The notes beneath the pieces are model-generated. The model worked only from the letters and a program-made list of their open reading frames with translations. It was not told where the DNA came from and searched no databases. The position numbers and the translations under genes are program-made. Below are positions 1 through 9,404 of a stretch of 49,706 bases of DNA, piece by piece. The stretch lies in NCBI GenBank assembly GCA_045532895.1, contig JAZSGU010000166.1:1-49706 (forward strand). The letters run 5' to 3'. This DNA is from Acutalibacteraceae bacterium (GTDB taxonomy: Bacteria; Bacillota; Clostridia; Oscillospirales; Acutalibacteraceae). Position 1 is the first letter of the stretch; each line of letters opens with the position of its first letter.

Positions 1-1
1 T

Positions 2-397
2 CCGCCTGCTTCAATGGCTGCTTCCGATGTTTCGGCAGTGCCCGAGGTCAGAGCTTTTCTCTTTGATTTGCAGAGAGATATTGCCGCAAGAAACAACTGT
101 ATCATGGACGGCAGAGATATCGGCACGGTTGTTTTGCCCGATGCAAAGGTGAAAATCTTCCTTACTGCTTCACCTGAAGAAAGAGCGATGAGAAGATATA
201 AAGAACTTATTGAAAAGGGAAACGGTGTTAATTACAAAGATGTGCTTGAAGATTTGGTGCAAAGAGATTATAATGATTCTCACCGCGAAATTGCTCCGTT
301 AAAGCCTGCTGAGGACGGTGTTATTCTTGATACGACGGGCATGAGCCTTGAGGAATCTGTTAACGCGATAATAAAAATTATTAAGGAGAAAGTGTAA
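2..397 (+). CDS. cmk: Cytidylate kinase, 5'-partial (runs off window)
   Basis: Motifs ASDVSAVPEVR, MDGRDIGTVV, KIFLTASPEERA, RDYNDSHR; frame open to the window edge; stop overlaps plsC start (TAATG). Confidence 0.95.
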   Translation, partial: PPASMAASDVSAVPEVRAFLFDLQRDIAARNNCIMDGRDIGTVVLPDAKVKIFLTASPEERAMRRYKELIEKGNGVNYKDVLEDLVQRDYNDSHREIAPLKPAEDGVILDTTGMSLEESVNAIIKIIKEKV

Positions 398-1041
398 TGA
401 AAGGCTTCGATTATTCTGTAGTAATTCAGGACAGCAAAACTTATGAAAAATTAAGACCTCTTGGTTCTTCAATCGTAAATAAGCTTTATAAGATTGAGTA
501 TGTCGGCGTTGAAAATATCCCTTCGGACGGCGGATTTATTATTGCATCCAACCACATGCACGCTCTTGACCCGGTATTTATCGGTCTCGGAATAAATGGC
601 AGACAGCTCCATTTTATGGGTAAAAAGGAGCTTTTTGAAAATCCTGTTGCGAAGTATTTTCTTACAAAGCTCAACGGTTTTCCCATTGTCAGAGGCGGTG
701 CGGATTCACAGGCACTTGAATATGCAATCCGCGTTGTAAAAGAGGGTCACATTCTCGGCATTTTCCCCGAGGGAACGCGCTCAAGAGATTATAAGCCTGC
801 AAGAGCAAAAAAAGGTGTTGCTCTTATTGCAAAGGAATCAAGGGCTGACATACTTCCCGTTTCAATTTATACATCGGATGATATGAAAAAACATACGAAG
901 CTCACGATAAGGTTCGGTGAGGTTATTCCGTATGAAAAACTCGGTTTGGATGATGATGGATCCAAGGAGCATCTTCGCAACTGTGCCAACACCGTTATGG
1001 ATGAAATCAAAAAGCTTTGGAGGATGGGTCATTGCAAATAA
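397..1041 (+). CDS. plsC: 1-acyl-sn-glycerol-3-phosphate acyltransferase
   Basis: NHxxxxD (NHMHALD) and FPEGTRS motifs; cmk-plsC-ispH context. Confidence 0.92.
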   Translation: MKGFDYSVVIQDSKTYEKLRPLGSSIVNKLYKIEYVGVENIPSDGGFIIASNHMHALDPVFIGLGINGRQLHFMGKKELFENPVAKYFLTKLNGFPIVRGGADSQALEYAIRVVKEGHILGIFPEGTRSRDYKPARAKKGVALIAKESRADILPVSIYTSDDMKKHTKLTIRFGEVIPYEKLGLDDDGSKEHLRNCANTVMDEIKKLWRMGHCK

Positions 1042-3071
1042 CTCTTGCAAAAACCGCAGGGTTTTGTTTCGGTGTTGACAGAGCGGTTGCTATGGCGTAC
1101 GAGGTTGCCGAAAAGGGCGGGAGCGCCGCAACTCTCGGTCAGCTTATACATAACACCTATGTCACAAATGAGTTGGCGGAAAAGGGTGTTGAAATCATAG
1201 ATTCTCCCCGGCAGGCGCATGTCGGTCAGACTGTTATAATCCGTGCCCACGGCGTTGCGGATGCGGTTTATGATGAGCTTGAAAAAACCGGTGCCGAAAT
1301 ATGCGATGCAACCTGCCCGTTTGTTAAGAAAATCCATACGATTGTTAGAGAGAATTCATCTGCGGATGTTCCTGTTTTGGTTGCGGGTGACCCCGTTCAC
1401 CCCGAGGTTATGGGTATAACCGGTCACTGCAACGGAGAAGTTTTTGTTTTTAAAAATCTCGAAGAGCTTGAAAAAACACTTCAGACCAATCCGAAATTAT
1501 GCGAAAAAAGAATAATAGTCGTTTCGCAAACGACATTTTCGCAAAATGTATGGAAAAAATGCAAAGAAAAAATAAAAATAGACTGTACAAATTCAAAAAT
1601 ATTTGATACAATATGCTTTGCGACCCGCCAAAGGCAGGATGAAGCAGCCGAGCTTTCAAAGCGCTGCGACATGATGATTATTATCGGCGGCAGGCACAGC
1701 TCAAACACGGTTAAGCTTAAAGCCGTGTGCAGTGAAAACTGCGAAACATATTTGGTGGAAAGAGCCGAAGAGCTCCAATCCATAGATTTTTCCCATTGCG
1801 CCGAAATCGGCGTCACGGCAGGGGCATCCACCCCTTCCGCAATAATTAAGGAGGTACTTTTAGAAATGTCCGAAATCGTAAAAGAAACCGCAAATATTCA
1901 GGTAGAGGAGGTGCCTTCTGAAGCAGCAACAACAGCAGACGAGATGGATTTTTCCGCAGCTCTCGAAGCTTCTTTGAGCAGCATGAGCACTGACCAAAAG
2001 GTCAAGGGCGTTGTTATGGGTATCACACCCACCGAAATCCAGGTTGACATCGGCAGAAAGCATGCCGGCTTTGTTCCCATGGATGAATACAGCGCAGACC
2101 CCACAGCAAACGCAGCAAAAGAGCTTAAGATTGGCGATGAAATCGATCTTATTATAATGAAAACAAACGATGCCGAGGGCACCGTTATGCTTTCAAAGAA
2201 GCGCTTTGATGCTCAGAAGTCATGGGTTGACGTCATCGAAGCAGAAGAAGACGGCAGAATCCTTGAAGGCACAGTTGCAGAAGTTATCAAGGGCGGCGTT
2301 CTCGTTGTTTCCAACGGTATCCGCGTGTTTGTTCCCGCTTCTCTTGCAACAGAGCGCCGCGACGAAAATCTTGAGGACCTTCTCAAGACAACCGTTAAGT
2401 TCCGTATTATCGAAGTTAACAAGCAGCGCAGAAGAGCTGTCGGCTCAATCCGTTCCGTACTTAAGGAAGCAAAGAAAGAAGCAACAGAAGCTTTCTGGGC
2501 ACAGGCAGAAGTCGGCCAGAAGTACAGCGGCGTTGTTAAGTCAATGACAAACTACGGCGCATTCGTTGATATCGGCGGTGTTGACGGCATGGTTCACATT
2601 TCCGAAATGTCATGGAAGCGCATTAAGAATCCTTCGGAAGTTTTCTCAATCGGTCAGGAAGTTGATGTTTACATCAAGGCTCTCGACGCTGAAAACAAGA
2701 AGATTTCTCTCGGCTACAGAAGAGATGAGGACAATCCCTGGGAAATCCTTCGCAAGAATTATCCCGTTGATTCCGTTATCGAGGATGCTGAAATCGTTGG
2801 TCTTACAACATTCGGCGCATTCGCAAGAATCATCCCCGGCATTGACGGCCTTATCCATATTTCACAGATTGCAGACCGCCACATCAGCAAGCCTCAGGAT
2901 GTTCTTAAGGTTGGCGATAAGGTAACCTGCAAGCTCACCGCTGTTGACTACGACAAGAAGCGCGTCAGCCTTTCAATCCGCGCTCTTATCGAGCCCGCAG
3001 AAGAAGCAGAAGCTCCCGCAGAGGAAGCAGCTCCTGTTGAAGAAGCTGCGGCTGAAGAAGCAGCTGAATAA
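1032..3071 (+). CDS. ispH: Fused 4-hydroxy-3-methylbut-2-enyl diphosphate reductase / 30S ribosomal protein S1
   Basis: Three Fe-S Cys motifs (GFCFGV, DATCPFV, DTICFAT) followed by four S1 repeats (e.g. YGAFVDIGGVDGMVHISE); TTG start at 1032 chosen from GGAGG at 1019-1023. Confidence 0.95.
   Translation: MQITLAKTAGFCFGVDRAVAMAYEVAEKGGSAATLGQLIHNTYVTNELAEKGVEIIDSPRQAHVGQTVIIRAHGVADAVYDELEKTGAEICDATCPFVKKIHTIVRENSSADVPVLVAGDPVHPEVMGITGHCNGEVFVFKNLEELEKTLQTNPKLCEKRIIVVSQTTFSQNVWKKCKEKIKIDCTNSKIFDTICFATRQRQDEAAELSKRCDMMIIIGGRHSSNTVKLKAVCSENCETYLVERAEELQSIDFSHCAEIGVTAGASTPSAIIKEVLLEMSEIVKETANIQVEEVPSEAATTADEMDFSAALEASLSSMSTDQKVKGVVMGITPTEIQVDIGRKHAGFVPMDEYSADPTANAAKELKIGDEIDLIIMKTNDAEGTVMLSKKRFDAQKSWVDVIEAEEDGRILEGTVAEVIKGGVLVVSNGIRVFVPASLATERRDENLEDLLKTTVKFRIIEVNKQRRRAVGSIRSVLKEAKKEATEAFWAQAEVGQKYSGVVKSMTNYGAFVDIGGVDGMVHISEMSWKRIKNPSEVFSIGQEVDVYIKALDAENKKISLGYRRDEDNPWEILRKNYPVDSVIEDAEIVGLTTFGAFARIIPGIDGLIHISQIADRHISKPQDVLKVGDKVTCKLTAVDYDKKRVSLSIRALIEPAEEAEAPAEEAAPVEEAAAEEAAE
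1584..1612 (+). promoter_or_regulatory. Putative internal sigma-A promoter within ispH
   Basis: TGTACA-17 nt-TACAAT with extended TG (TGATACAAT 1604-1612) and A-tracts at 1563-1580. Confidence 0.5.
1847..1868 (+). promoter_or_regulatory. Internal Shine-Dalgarno and in-frame ATG at the IspH/S1 junction
   Basis: TAAGGAGGT (1847-1855), 10 nt, ATG 1866 in frame with the fusion. Confidence 0.65.
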
Positions 3072-3084
3072 TATTGTTTTTTCG

Positions 3085-3113
3085 CCGCCCGCAGTTTTCT
3101 GTGGGCGGTTTTT
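3085..3113 (+). terminator. Intrinsic terminator after ispH-rpsA
   Basis: CCGCCCGCAG-TTTT-CTGTGGGCGG followed by TTTTT. Confidence 0.8.
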
Positions 3114-3145
3114 CGCAATCAGATATTTTTCATAAGGTGAATTTA

Positions 3146-4069
3146 ATGGCACAAAAGAATAAAGGTAAGCTTCTCGGTCCGTTTTACTGCATTCTTGCCG
3201 CTGTTGTTTGGGGCATGTCATTCGTTGCTCAAAGCGAAGGTGCTCACATCGGCACATTTACTTTTAATGGTATTCGAATGTGTATAGGCGGTATTGTTTT
3301 GATTCCGCTTGTAATTTTCAGTTTCAAAAAAGAAAAAATGGCTCTGCCTGAGGGCGAAAAGATAAAATTTCCCTTAAAGGATGTTCTTATCGGCGGTATT
3401 TGCTGCGGAATCCCTCTTTGCATAGGAAGCAACCTTCAGCAGCACGCTTTTAATTACATAGAGGTCGGTAAGGTCGGTTTTATAACCGCGCTTTACATGG
3501 TGCTTGTTCCGGTTATCGGAATTTTTCTTAAGCAGAAGGCAAGATTTAACATATGGATAGGTGTTGCGTTCGGTGTTGTCGGCTTATATTTTTTAAGCAT
3601 TCCGAAAGGTGATTTTTCTATCGGTAAGGGTGAGCTGATAACGATTTTATGCTCTTTTGCATTTGCGGCTCACATTCTTGTTATTGACCATTTCTGCAAA
3701 CAGGTTAACAATATTGCGCTTTCATGTGCGCAGTTTTTTATTGCGGGCATCATTTCAATAATATGTATGTTTATTTTTGAGGAGCCTGAAATTGATGCGG
3801 TTATCGGTGCTTCTGTTCCGCTTCTTTATGCGGGAATTATGAGCTGCGGCGTTGCATTTACGGCGCAGATTTTCGGTCAGAAATATACCGAGCCCGCCGT
3901 GGCATCGCTTTTGCTTTGCCTTGAATCGGTTTTTGCTGTTCTTTTCGGCTGGCTGCTTTTGCATCAAACCCTCTCCGCGCGAGAGCTTTTCGGCTGCCTG
4001 ATTATGTTTATCGCAATAGTTTTTACGCAGATACCCTCCGACAAATTCGTTTTAAAGAAGAAAAAATAA
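3146..4069 (+). CDS. DMT/EamA family transporter
   Basis: About 10 hydrophobic segments, VWGMSFVAQ, ASLLLCLESVFAVLFGW; ATG 3146 after AAGGTG. Confidence 0.9.
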   Translation: MAQKNKGKLLGPFYCILAAVVWGMSFVAQSEGAHIGTFTFNGIRMCIGGIVLIPLVIFSFKKEKMALPEGEKIKFPLKDVLIGGICCGIPLCIGSNLQQHAFNYIEVGKVGFITALYMVLVPVIGIFLKQKARFNIWIGVAFGVVGLYFLSIPKGDFSIGKGELITILCSFAFAAHILVIDHFCKQVNNIALSCAQFFIAGIISIICMFIFEEPEIDAVIGASVPLLYAGIMSCGVAFTAQIFGQKYTEPAVASLLLCLESVFAVLFGWLLLHQTLSARELFGCLIMFIAIVFTQIPSDKFVLKKKK

Positions 4070-4090
4070 AATCTGAACGGAGGATAAACT

Positions 4091-5839
4091 ATGCTAAGCA
4101 AAATAGTTTCCGTTATTATTTCGTTTGCAATAACCGTTACGGGTTTTGCATATAATTCTTTCAGCACCGTTGTTGACAGTGTGAGCGAAATGATTTTCGG
4201 CATTCCTTATACCGTTGATGCGATAAAATCCGATTTCTTTGAGGATATCCGAGATGCGGATATTATAAATGTCGGCGATGAAAGCGGTTTTGTAAAAGAC
4301 CTTGTTGCCGTTTTTGTTGATGAGAATTTGAGCTTTTTTGAAAGAATTTCGCTGTTTAATGCCTGCGGAGGTATTCTTGCGGGCTGGTGTGCCCCCGCTG
4401 ATTTATATGTTATCCGTTATGCTCCCATGAGCTACGGTCAGGTGATTTCAAAATGTGAAAAGCTTGAGGAAAAGAGCGGAATTGCGCTTGCAATACCTGT
4501 TTCGACCTATAAAACTCAATCTAACCTGACTCCCAATGACAGCTTTGATGCCGAAGAAGCCGCTTTTGAGTGGGATGAACTCAGTCCCTATGGCAGCAAC
4601 TGGTGGCTTGAAGCTGTTCAGGCAAGGCAGGCATGGGATTATTCGGATTATTTCGGCAAAATAAATATCGGAATAGTTGATTCGGGCTTTGAAACCGACC
4701 ATCCCGAGCTTGCGGGCAGGATAAGCTTCCCAAGCGATAAATATGCGAGCAGAAACCGCGCCGATTTACACGGCACACATGTTGCAGGCATAATCGGTGC
4801 TAACAAAAATAATGGCATTGGCGTTGCCGGAATTTGTGACAACTCCAATCTTATCTGTGTTGATTGGCAGCCGGATATTCTCCAAATCTGGCACACGGAG
4901 CTTGCAATCCTTTTCGGATTTTCTGCGGTTGTTAAAGCGGGCGCAAAGGTTGTTAATTTTTCTCTCGGTGTTACCGCATCGCGCACAAATGACTCATTCG
5001 GAATTATGGACAGCGTGTTTACCCCTGCCGCATTTTCGCTGATGATGGCGTCGCTTCTCTCAAAAGGCTATGATTTTGTTGCAGTTCAGTCTGCGGGAAA
5101 TGGTGATTTTTACGGCGACCCGATGAACGCGGATTACAACGGTCATTTTTGTTCAATAACCGAGAGCAGTGCTTTTACCGGTTTTACGGGCGTGCCTGTT
5201 AACGAAATTCTGAACAGAATTATTGTTGTTGCAGGTGCTGATAACTGCGGCAACGGCTCTTATATGCAAGCGGAATATACAAATGTCGGCAAGACTGTTG
5301 ATATAGCCGCTCCAGGCACTGATATTTACAGCTCAACCGTTTACGGCAACTATGAATATCTGACGGGCACTTCGATGTCCGCCCCGATTGTAACGGGTAT
5401 TGCATCGCTCGTGTGGTCCGTAAATCCTGTATTTAATGGCAGTCAAGTCAAAGAAATTGTCTGCACATCAACTGAATCTGTTGCAGCGGTTAATACATCG
5501 ATGGAGTATTTTTACAATGTTGATTTGCTCGATTATCCCATGGTTAATGCAAAACTGGCGGTTGAAGAGGCCATAAAGAGAACTGATTCCGCTGTCGGCA
5601 CCGTAAGCGGCAGGGTAGTGGGCTCAGAAGCGGTTTTAATTGAATTCGGCGGCGTTTTGCACACCCTGTTCTCCGACGGCTCATATAATTTTGTTGCTAG
5701 AGAGGGTAGCTCAGTTGCGAGAGTGCTTGACGGTAACGGAGCCGAAATCGGTTCGTTTGATGTTGTTGTAACCGCAGGCACCGAGGTGCAGATAAAAGAT
5801 TATGTAATACAGGGTTCAGAGGAAGAGCCCATCATATAA
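4091..5839 (+). CDS. Secreted or membrane-anchored S8 (subtilisin-like) serine peptidase
   Basis: Catalytic triad motifs GIVDSG, HGTHVAGII, GTSMSAP; oxyanion SAGN; hydrophobic N-terminus. Confidence 0.92.
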   Translation: MLSKIVSVIISFAITVTGFAYNSFSTVVDSVSEMIFGIPYTVDAIKSDFFEDIRDADIINVGDESGFVKDLVAVFVDENLSFFERISLFNACGGILAGWCAPADLYVIRYAPMSYGQVISKCEKLEEKSGIALAIPVSTYKTQSNLTPNDSFDAEEAAFEWDELSPYGSNWWLEAVQARQAWDYSDYFGKINIGIVDSGFETDHPELAGRISFPSDKYASRNRADLHGTHVAGIIGANKNNGIGVAGICDNSNLICVDWQPDILQIWHTELAILFGFSAVVKAGAKVVNFSLGVTASRTNDSFGIMDSVFTPAAFSLMMASLLSKGYDFVAVQSAGNGDFYGDPMNADYNGHFCSITESSAFTGFTGVPVNEILNRIIVVAGADNCGNGSYMQAEYTNVGKTVDIAAPGTDIYSSTVYGNYEYLTGTSMSAPIVTGIASLVWSVNPVFNGSQVKEIVCTSTESVAAVNTSMEYFYNVDLLDYPMVNAKLAVEEAIKRTDSAVGTVSGRVVGSEAVLIEFGGVLHTLFSDGSYNFVAREGSSVARVLDGNGAEIGSFDVVVTAGTEVQIKDYVIQGSEEEPII

Positions 5840-5863
5840 AATGTGTTTGAAAGGAAGAGTTAA

Positions 5864-7546
5864 ATGGCAGAAATCAAGAAGCATTGGTACAAAGAAATGT
5901 CCGTTTACCAGGTTTGGCCTCGCAGCTTTTATGACGGCAACGGCGACGGTATCGGCGATATTAAAGGTGTTATGGAGAAGCTTGACTACATAAAGAGCAT
6001 CGGCGTTGATGCAATTTGGTTTTCACCTCTCTATAAATCTCCTCAGCATGACTACGGCTATGACATTGCGGATTATAAATCGATAGCTCCCGAATACGGC
6101 ACTCTTGAGGAATTTAAGGAGCTGCTTGATGCGGCGCACAGCAAGGGTCTCAGAGTTATAATGGACCTTGTTATCAACCACACATCAAACGAGCATGAGT
6201 GGTTTAAAGAAAGCGAAAAGAGCAAGGACAGCCCCTATCACGATTATTATTTCTGGCGCAAGGGCAAAAAGCCCAACGGCAAAAAGCCTCCCAACAACTG
6301 GATATCAACATTTGCAGGCCCCGGCTGGCACTATAACGAAAACCTTGATGAGTGGTATCTTACCCTTTTCTGCAAGGAGCAGCCTGACCTTAACATGGAT
6401 AACCCCAAGGTACGCGAGGAAATCAAGGATATCATCAAATTCTGGCTTGATATGGGTGTTGACGGATTCCGTGAGGATGTTATTACCTTTATTTCAAAAA
6501 GAGAGGGTCTGCCCAACGGCTTCCCCATTCCCGTAGCATGCGGCATGGAGCATTACAAGTGCGGTCCCAATCTTGACAAATATCTCAGAGAATTCAGAGC
6601 GGTTACAGATAACTATGACTGCATGACAGTCGGCGAAGCGCCCATGATGACTCCGAAGCTTGCTCTTCGCTTTATCAAAGAGGGCGCGGGTCAGACACTT
6701 AACATGATGTTCAACTTCCAGCATATGGAAGCTGATTCGTTCATGATAAGCTGGGTACCCATGCCGTTCAGCCTTAAGAAGCTCAAGAATGCCTATGACA
6801 GATGGCAGCATAAGCTTTACGGCATCGCGTGGAACGCAAACTATATCGAAAACCATGACCAGCCCAGAGTTATCAACCGTTACGGAAGCACAAAATACAG
6901 AGTTGAAAGCGGCAAAATGCTTGCAACAATGTATATATGCCAGAGCGGTACTCCGTTTATTTATCAGGGTCAGGAAATCGGTATGCTTAACGTGCCCATG
7001 GAAAGCGTTGACGAATATACCGACACACAGGTTAAGAGCACATATCAGCTTTTCAAAAAGCTCGGCATTTCCGATAAGACCTTCCTTAAGATTTCAAACC
7101 GCGCTTCGCGTGACAATGCAAGAACTCCCGTTCAATGGACTGCGGAAAAGAATGCAGGCTTCACAACGGCCGATAAGGCATGGTTCAAGGTTAACCCCAA
7201 CTATACCGAAATCAACGTTGAAGCGGCAGAAAAAGACGAAAATTCGCTTCTTAACTATTACCGCAAGCTTCTCAAATTCCGTAAGGAAAATGAGATTTGC
7301 ATTTACGGCGACTTCAAGCAGCATTATAAGAGCAGCAAAAAGCTCTTTGTTTATGAGCGTAACTACGAGGGAAAGAGAATGCTTGTTATCAACTCATTTG
7401 TTGAGGAAAGCGTAAGCTTCTCCGCACCCAAGGGCTTCGATTTGAGCAAGGGTAAGCTTGTTCTTTCAAACTATGAGGTTATCGACAGCAGTATCAACAC
7501 ATTCATGACAAAGCCTTATGAAACAAGGGTTTATCTCTTTGATTGA
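5864..7546 (+). CDS. GH13 alpha-glucosidase / oligo-1,6-glucosidase (MalL-like)
   Basis: YQVWPRSFYDGNGDGIGD, DLVINHTS, QPDLN, DGFREDV, ENHD, SRDNARTP. Confidence 0.92.
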   Translation: MAEIKKHWYKEMSVYQVWPRSFYDGNGDGIGDIKGVMEKLDYIKSIGVDAIWFSPLYKSPQHDYGYDIADYKSIAPEYGTLEEFKELLDAAHSKGLRVIMDLVINHTSNEHEWFKESEKSKDSPYHDYYFWRKGKKPNGKKPPNNWISTFAGPGWHYNENLDEWYLTLFCKEQPDLNMDNPKVREEIKDIIKFWLDMGVDGFREDVITFISKREGLPNGFPIPVACGMEHYKCGPNLDKYLREFRAVTDNYDCMTVGEAPMMTPKLALRFIKEGAGQTLNMMFNFQHMEADSFMISWVPMPFSLKKLKNAYDRWQHKLYGIAWNANYIENHDQPRVINRYGSTKYRVESGKMLATMYICQSGTPFIYQGQEIGMLNVPMESVDEYTDTQVKSTYQLFKKLGISDKTFLKISNRASRDNARTPVQWTAEKNAGFTTADKAWFKVNPNYTEINVEAAEKDENSLLNYYRKLLKFRKENEICIYGDFKQHYKSSKKLFVYERNYEGKRMLVINSFVEESVSFSAPKGFDLSKGKLVLSNYEVIDSSINTFMTKPYETRVYLFD

Positions 7547-7553
7547 TTAAAAT

Positions 7554-7592
7554 AAAAAATCCCGAAAAGCAATCGCTTTTCGTGATTTTTTT
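7554..7592. terminator. Bidirectional terminator between convergent genes
   Basis: AAAAAATCCCGAAAAGC-AATC-GCTTTTCGTGATTTTTTT. Confidence 0.8.
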
Positions 7593-7598
7593 GTTTGA

Positions 7599-9275
7599 TT
7601 AATAAGCTGATGAATAAGCAAGGTTCTTTCTAATCTTATCGCAGAAATCTTTTGAAACCTTGTTAATCCATGTTGAATGCTCCTTGATGGCATATTCGCC
7701 GTCTTCTGCAAAGAGAGCTTCTTCATACTTTTCAAGAGCTTCGTTGCCCTTTGTTGTTCTGATTGAGTTTTCCCAGTCGGTATCATCGGTATTGTCGCTT
7801 ACGAAATACATGATGTGATAGCCGTATTCTGTTTCAACAATTCCTGTGTCGCCGGCTTTTCTTGCGGGGTCAAATGACCAATCTTCAAAAGCTTCAACAT
7901 AGTTGTCGCTGATTCTGATGCCTTCATAAAGACCGCCGTTTTCAGCGGAGCCTGTGTCGGCTGTGTTTTCTGTTGCAAACTTTGCAAAGGTTTCTTCGGT
8001 CTTTTCGCCTGCAGCCCACTCATCAAAGAGTGCCTTTGCCTTTGTATAAGTTGCTTGCTTTTCAGCATCTGTTACATTTTCGCTGTCTTCTGCCTCAAAC
8101 TCTATAAGGCAGTGGCGAACGTCCACGCTGTTCATTGCATATACGGGCTTAACGCTGAAGATGATGTAAACAGCCTTTTCGCCGGTAATCATTGTCTTGT
8201 CGCCTGCTTTGCGAGCTGTGTCAAATGCCCAATCAGCAGCTTTTTCTGATGTTGCGGTAACAAATGAATTGTATGTTGCAAGCTCGGAAAGGGTGGTGTA
8301 GTCTTTGTCGGTTGCTTCTTTTGCATCCTTATTCTTATAAGCTGTGATTGCTGCTTTGAAAGAAGCTTCGTCGGTAAGTTTGTCAAAGATTGCCTTTGCC
8401 TCTGTTTCGATTGCTGCGTTGGCAGCCTTCTGTCTTGTTTCAAGAGCTTCTTTGGTTTCATTTTCCTGAGCTGTCAGGGTTGTGAATGTGAATGCATAGT
8501 AACGAATATCAGCATAGTCATAGTTCTTTCTGTTTGCATCATATTCAGCCTTGATTTCTTCAGCGGTAATGCCTTCGTTCAGTTCGCTTGCCTTGTCTGT
8601 TGAATAGTTCTTTGCAAGTGTTTCCATTTCAAGCTGTTTTTTGAAGGCTTTTTCATTAAAGCCGGGGCCGAAGCTTTCGCGAAGATAAGCATTGAGAGAA
8701 TAGTTGTTTGTTGCAGCCTCTTCTCTGTAGCTTTCGATTGTTTCGTTGATTTCTTTCTGCTCGTCCTCGCTCAATTCATAGCCGGCCTTAACAGCCTCGC
8801 TGTAATAAGAAAGAACAGTCTGTGCATAGTTGACAGAGGTTTTCTTGAAGCTGTCAGCCCAAGTGATGGGGTTGCCGTCTGCATCCTTTTCTGTGGAATT
8901 CTGTTCATCGGGAGCAACGGATGAGTCAAAACCAATGTTCATGCCGTTCTGTGCATAATAGTCGGCATAAGATGCCATCTGCTGATACTGAGCTGTATAA
9001 TAATAATTGTATTCAGCTGCGGAAACTTTATTGTCGCCGATTTCAACCGCTGTTGCGAATCTTTCGATAACGCCGGCGGTGTCAATAATCTTCCACGCAA
9101 TGCCGCCGACAATAGCAACGGCAAGAACGATTGCAACAACCTTTTTGATTAATTTGGCAGCGGTGCTTCTCTTTTCAATGCTTTTTGCATTCTGCTTTGC
9201 TGCCTTGGCGATTCTTGCTTTGCGCTCCTCGCGGTAAATTTCAGCCTTGCTCTTTGAGCTTTCATTTTTAGCCAT
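7599..9275 (-). CDS. Membrane-anchored parvulin-type peptidyl-prolyl isomerase (PrsA/SurA-like foldase)
   Basis: Basic N-terminus then one TM helix; VDVRHCLI, DTGSAENGG, GIVETEYGYHIMY parvulin motifs; ATG 9275 after AAAGGA. Confidence 0.88.
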   Translation of the reverse strand: MAKNESSKSKAEIYREERKARIAKAAKQNAKSIEKRSTAAKLIKKVVAIVLAVAIVGGIAWKIIDTAGVIERFATAVEIGDNKVSAAEYNYYYTAQYQQMASYADYYAQNGMNIGFDSSVAPDEQNSTEKDADGNPITWADSFKKTSVNYAQTVLSYYSEAVKAGYELSEDEQKEINETIESYREEAATNNYSLNAYLRESFGPGFNEKAFKKQLEMETLAKNYSTDKASELNEGITAEEIKAEYDANRKNYDYADIRYYAFTFTTLTAQENETKEALETRQKAANAAIETEAKAIFDKLTDEASFKAAITAYKNKDAKEATDKDYTTLSELATYNSFVTATSEKAADWAFDTARKAGDKTMITGEKAVYIIFSVKPVYAMNSVDVRHCLIEFEAEDSENVTDAEKQATYTKAKALFDEWAAGEKTEETFAKFATENTADTGSAENGGLYEGIRISDNYVEAFEDWSFDPARKAGDTGIVETEYGYHIMYFVSDNTDDTDWENSIRTTKGNEALEKYEEALFAEDGEYAIKEHSTWINKVSKDFCDKIRKNLAYSSAY

Positions 9276-9404
9276 AAAATTGTTCATCCTTTACTTAAGT
9301 ATTAATTGCCGACCGAACAAAATCGGCACAATGTATATATATTATACTATTTTGATAGAATTTACAAGCTTTTTTGTAAAAATTTATAACATATTTGAAA
9401 TTTG

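Noticed and set aside
6789-7415. 208-aa alternative-frame ORF in GH13
   Set aside because: Off-frame product of biased codon usage; no independent signals
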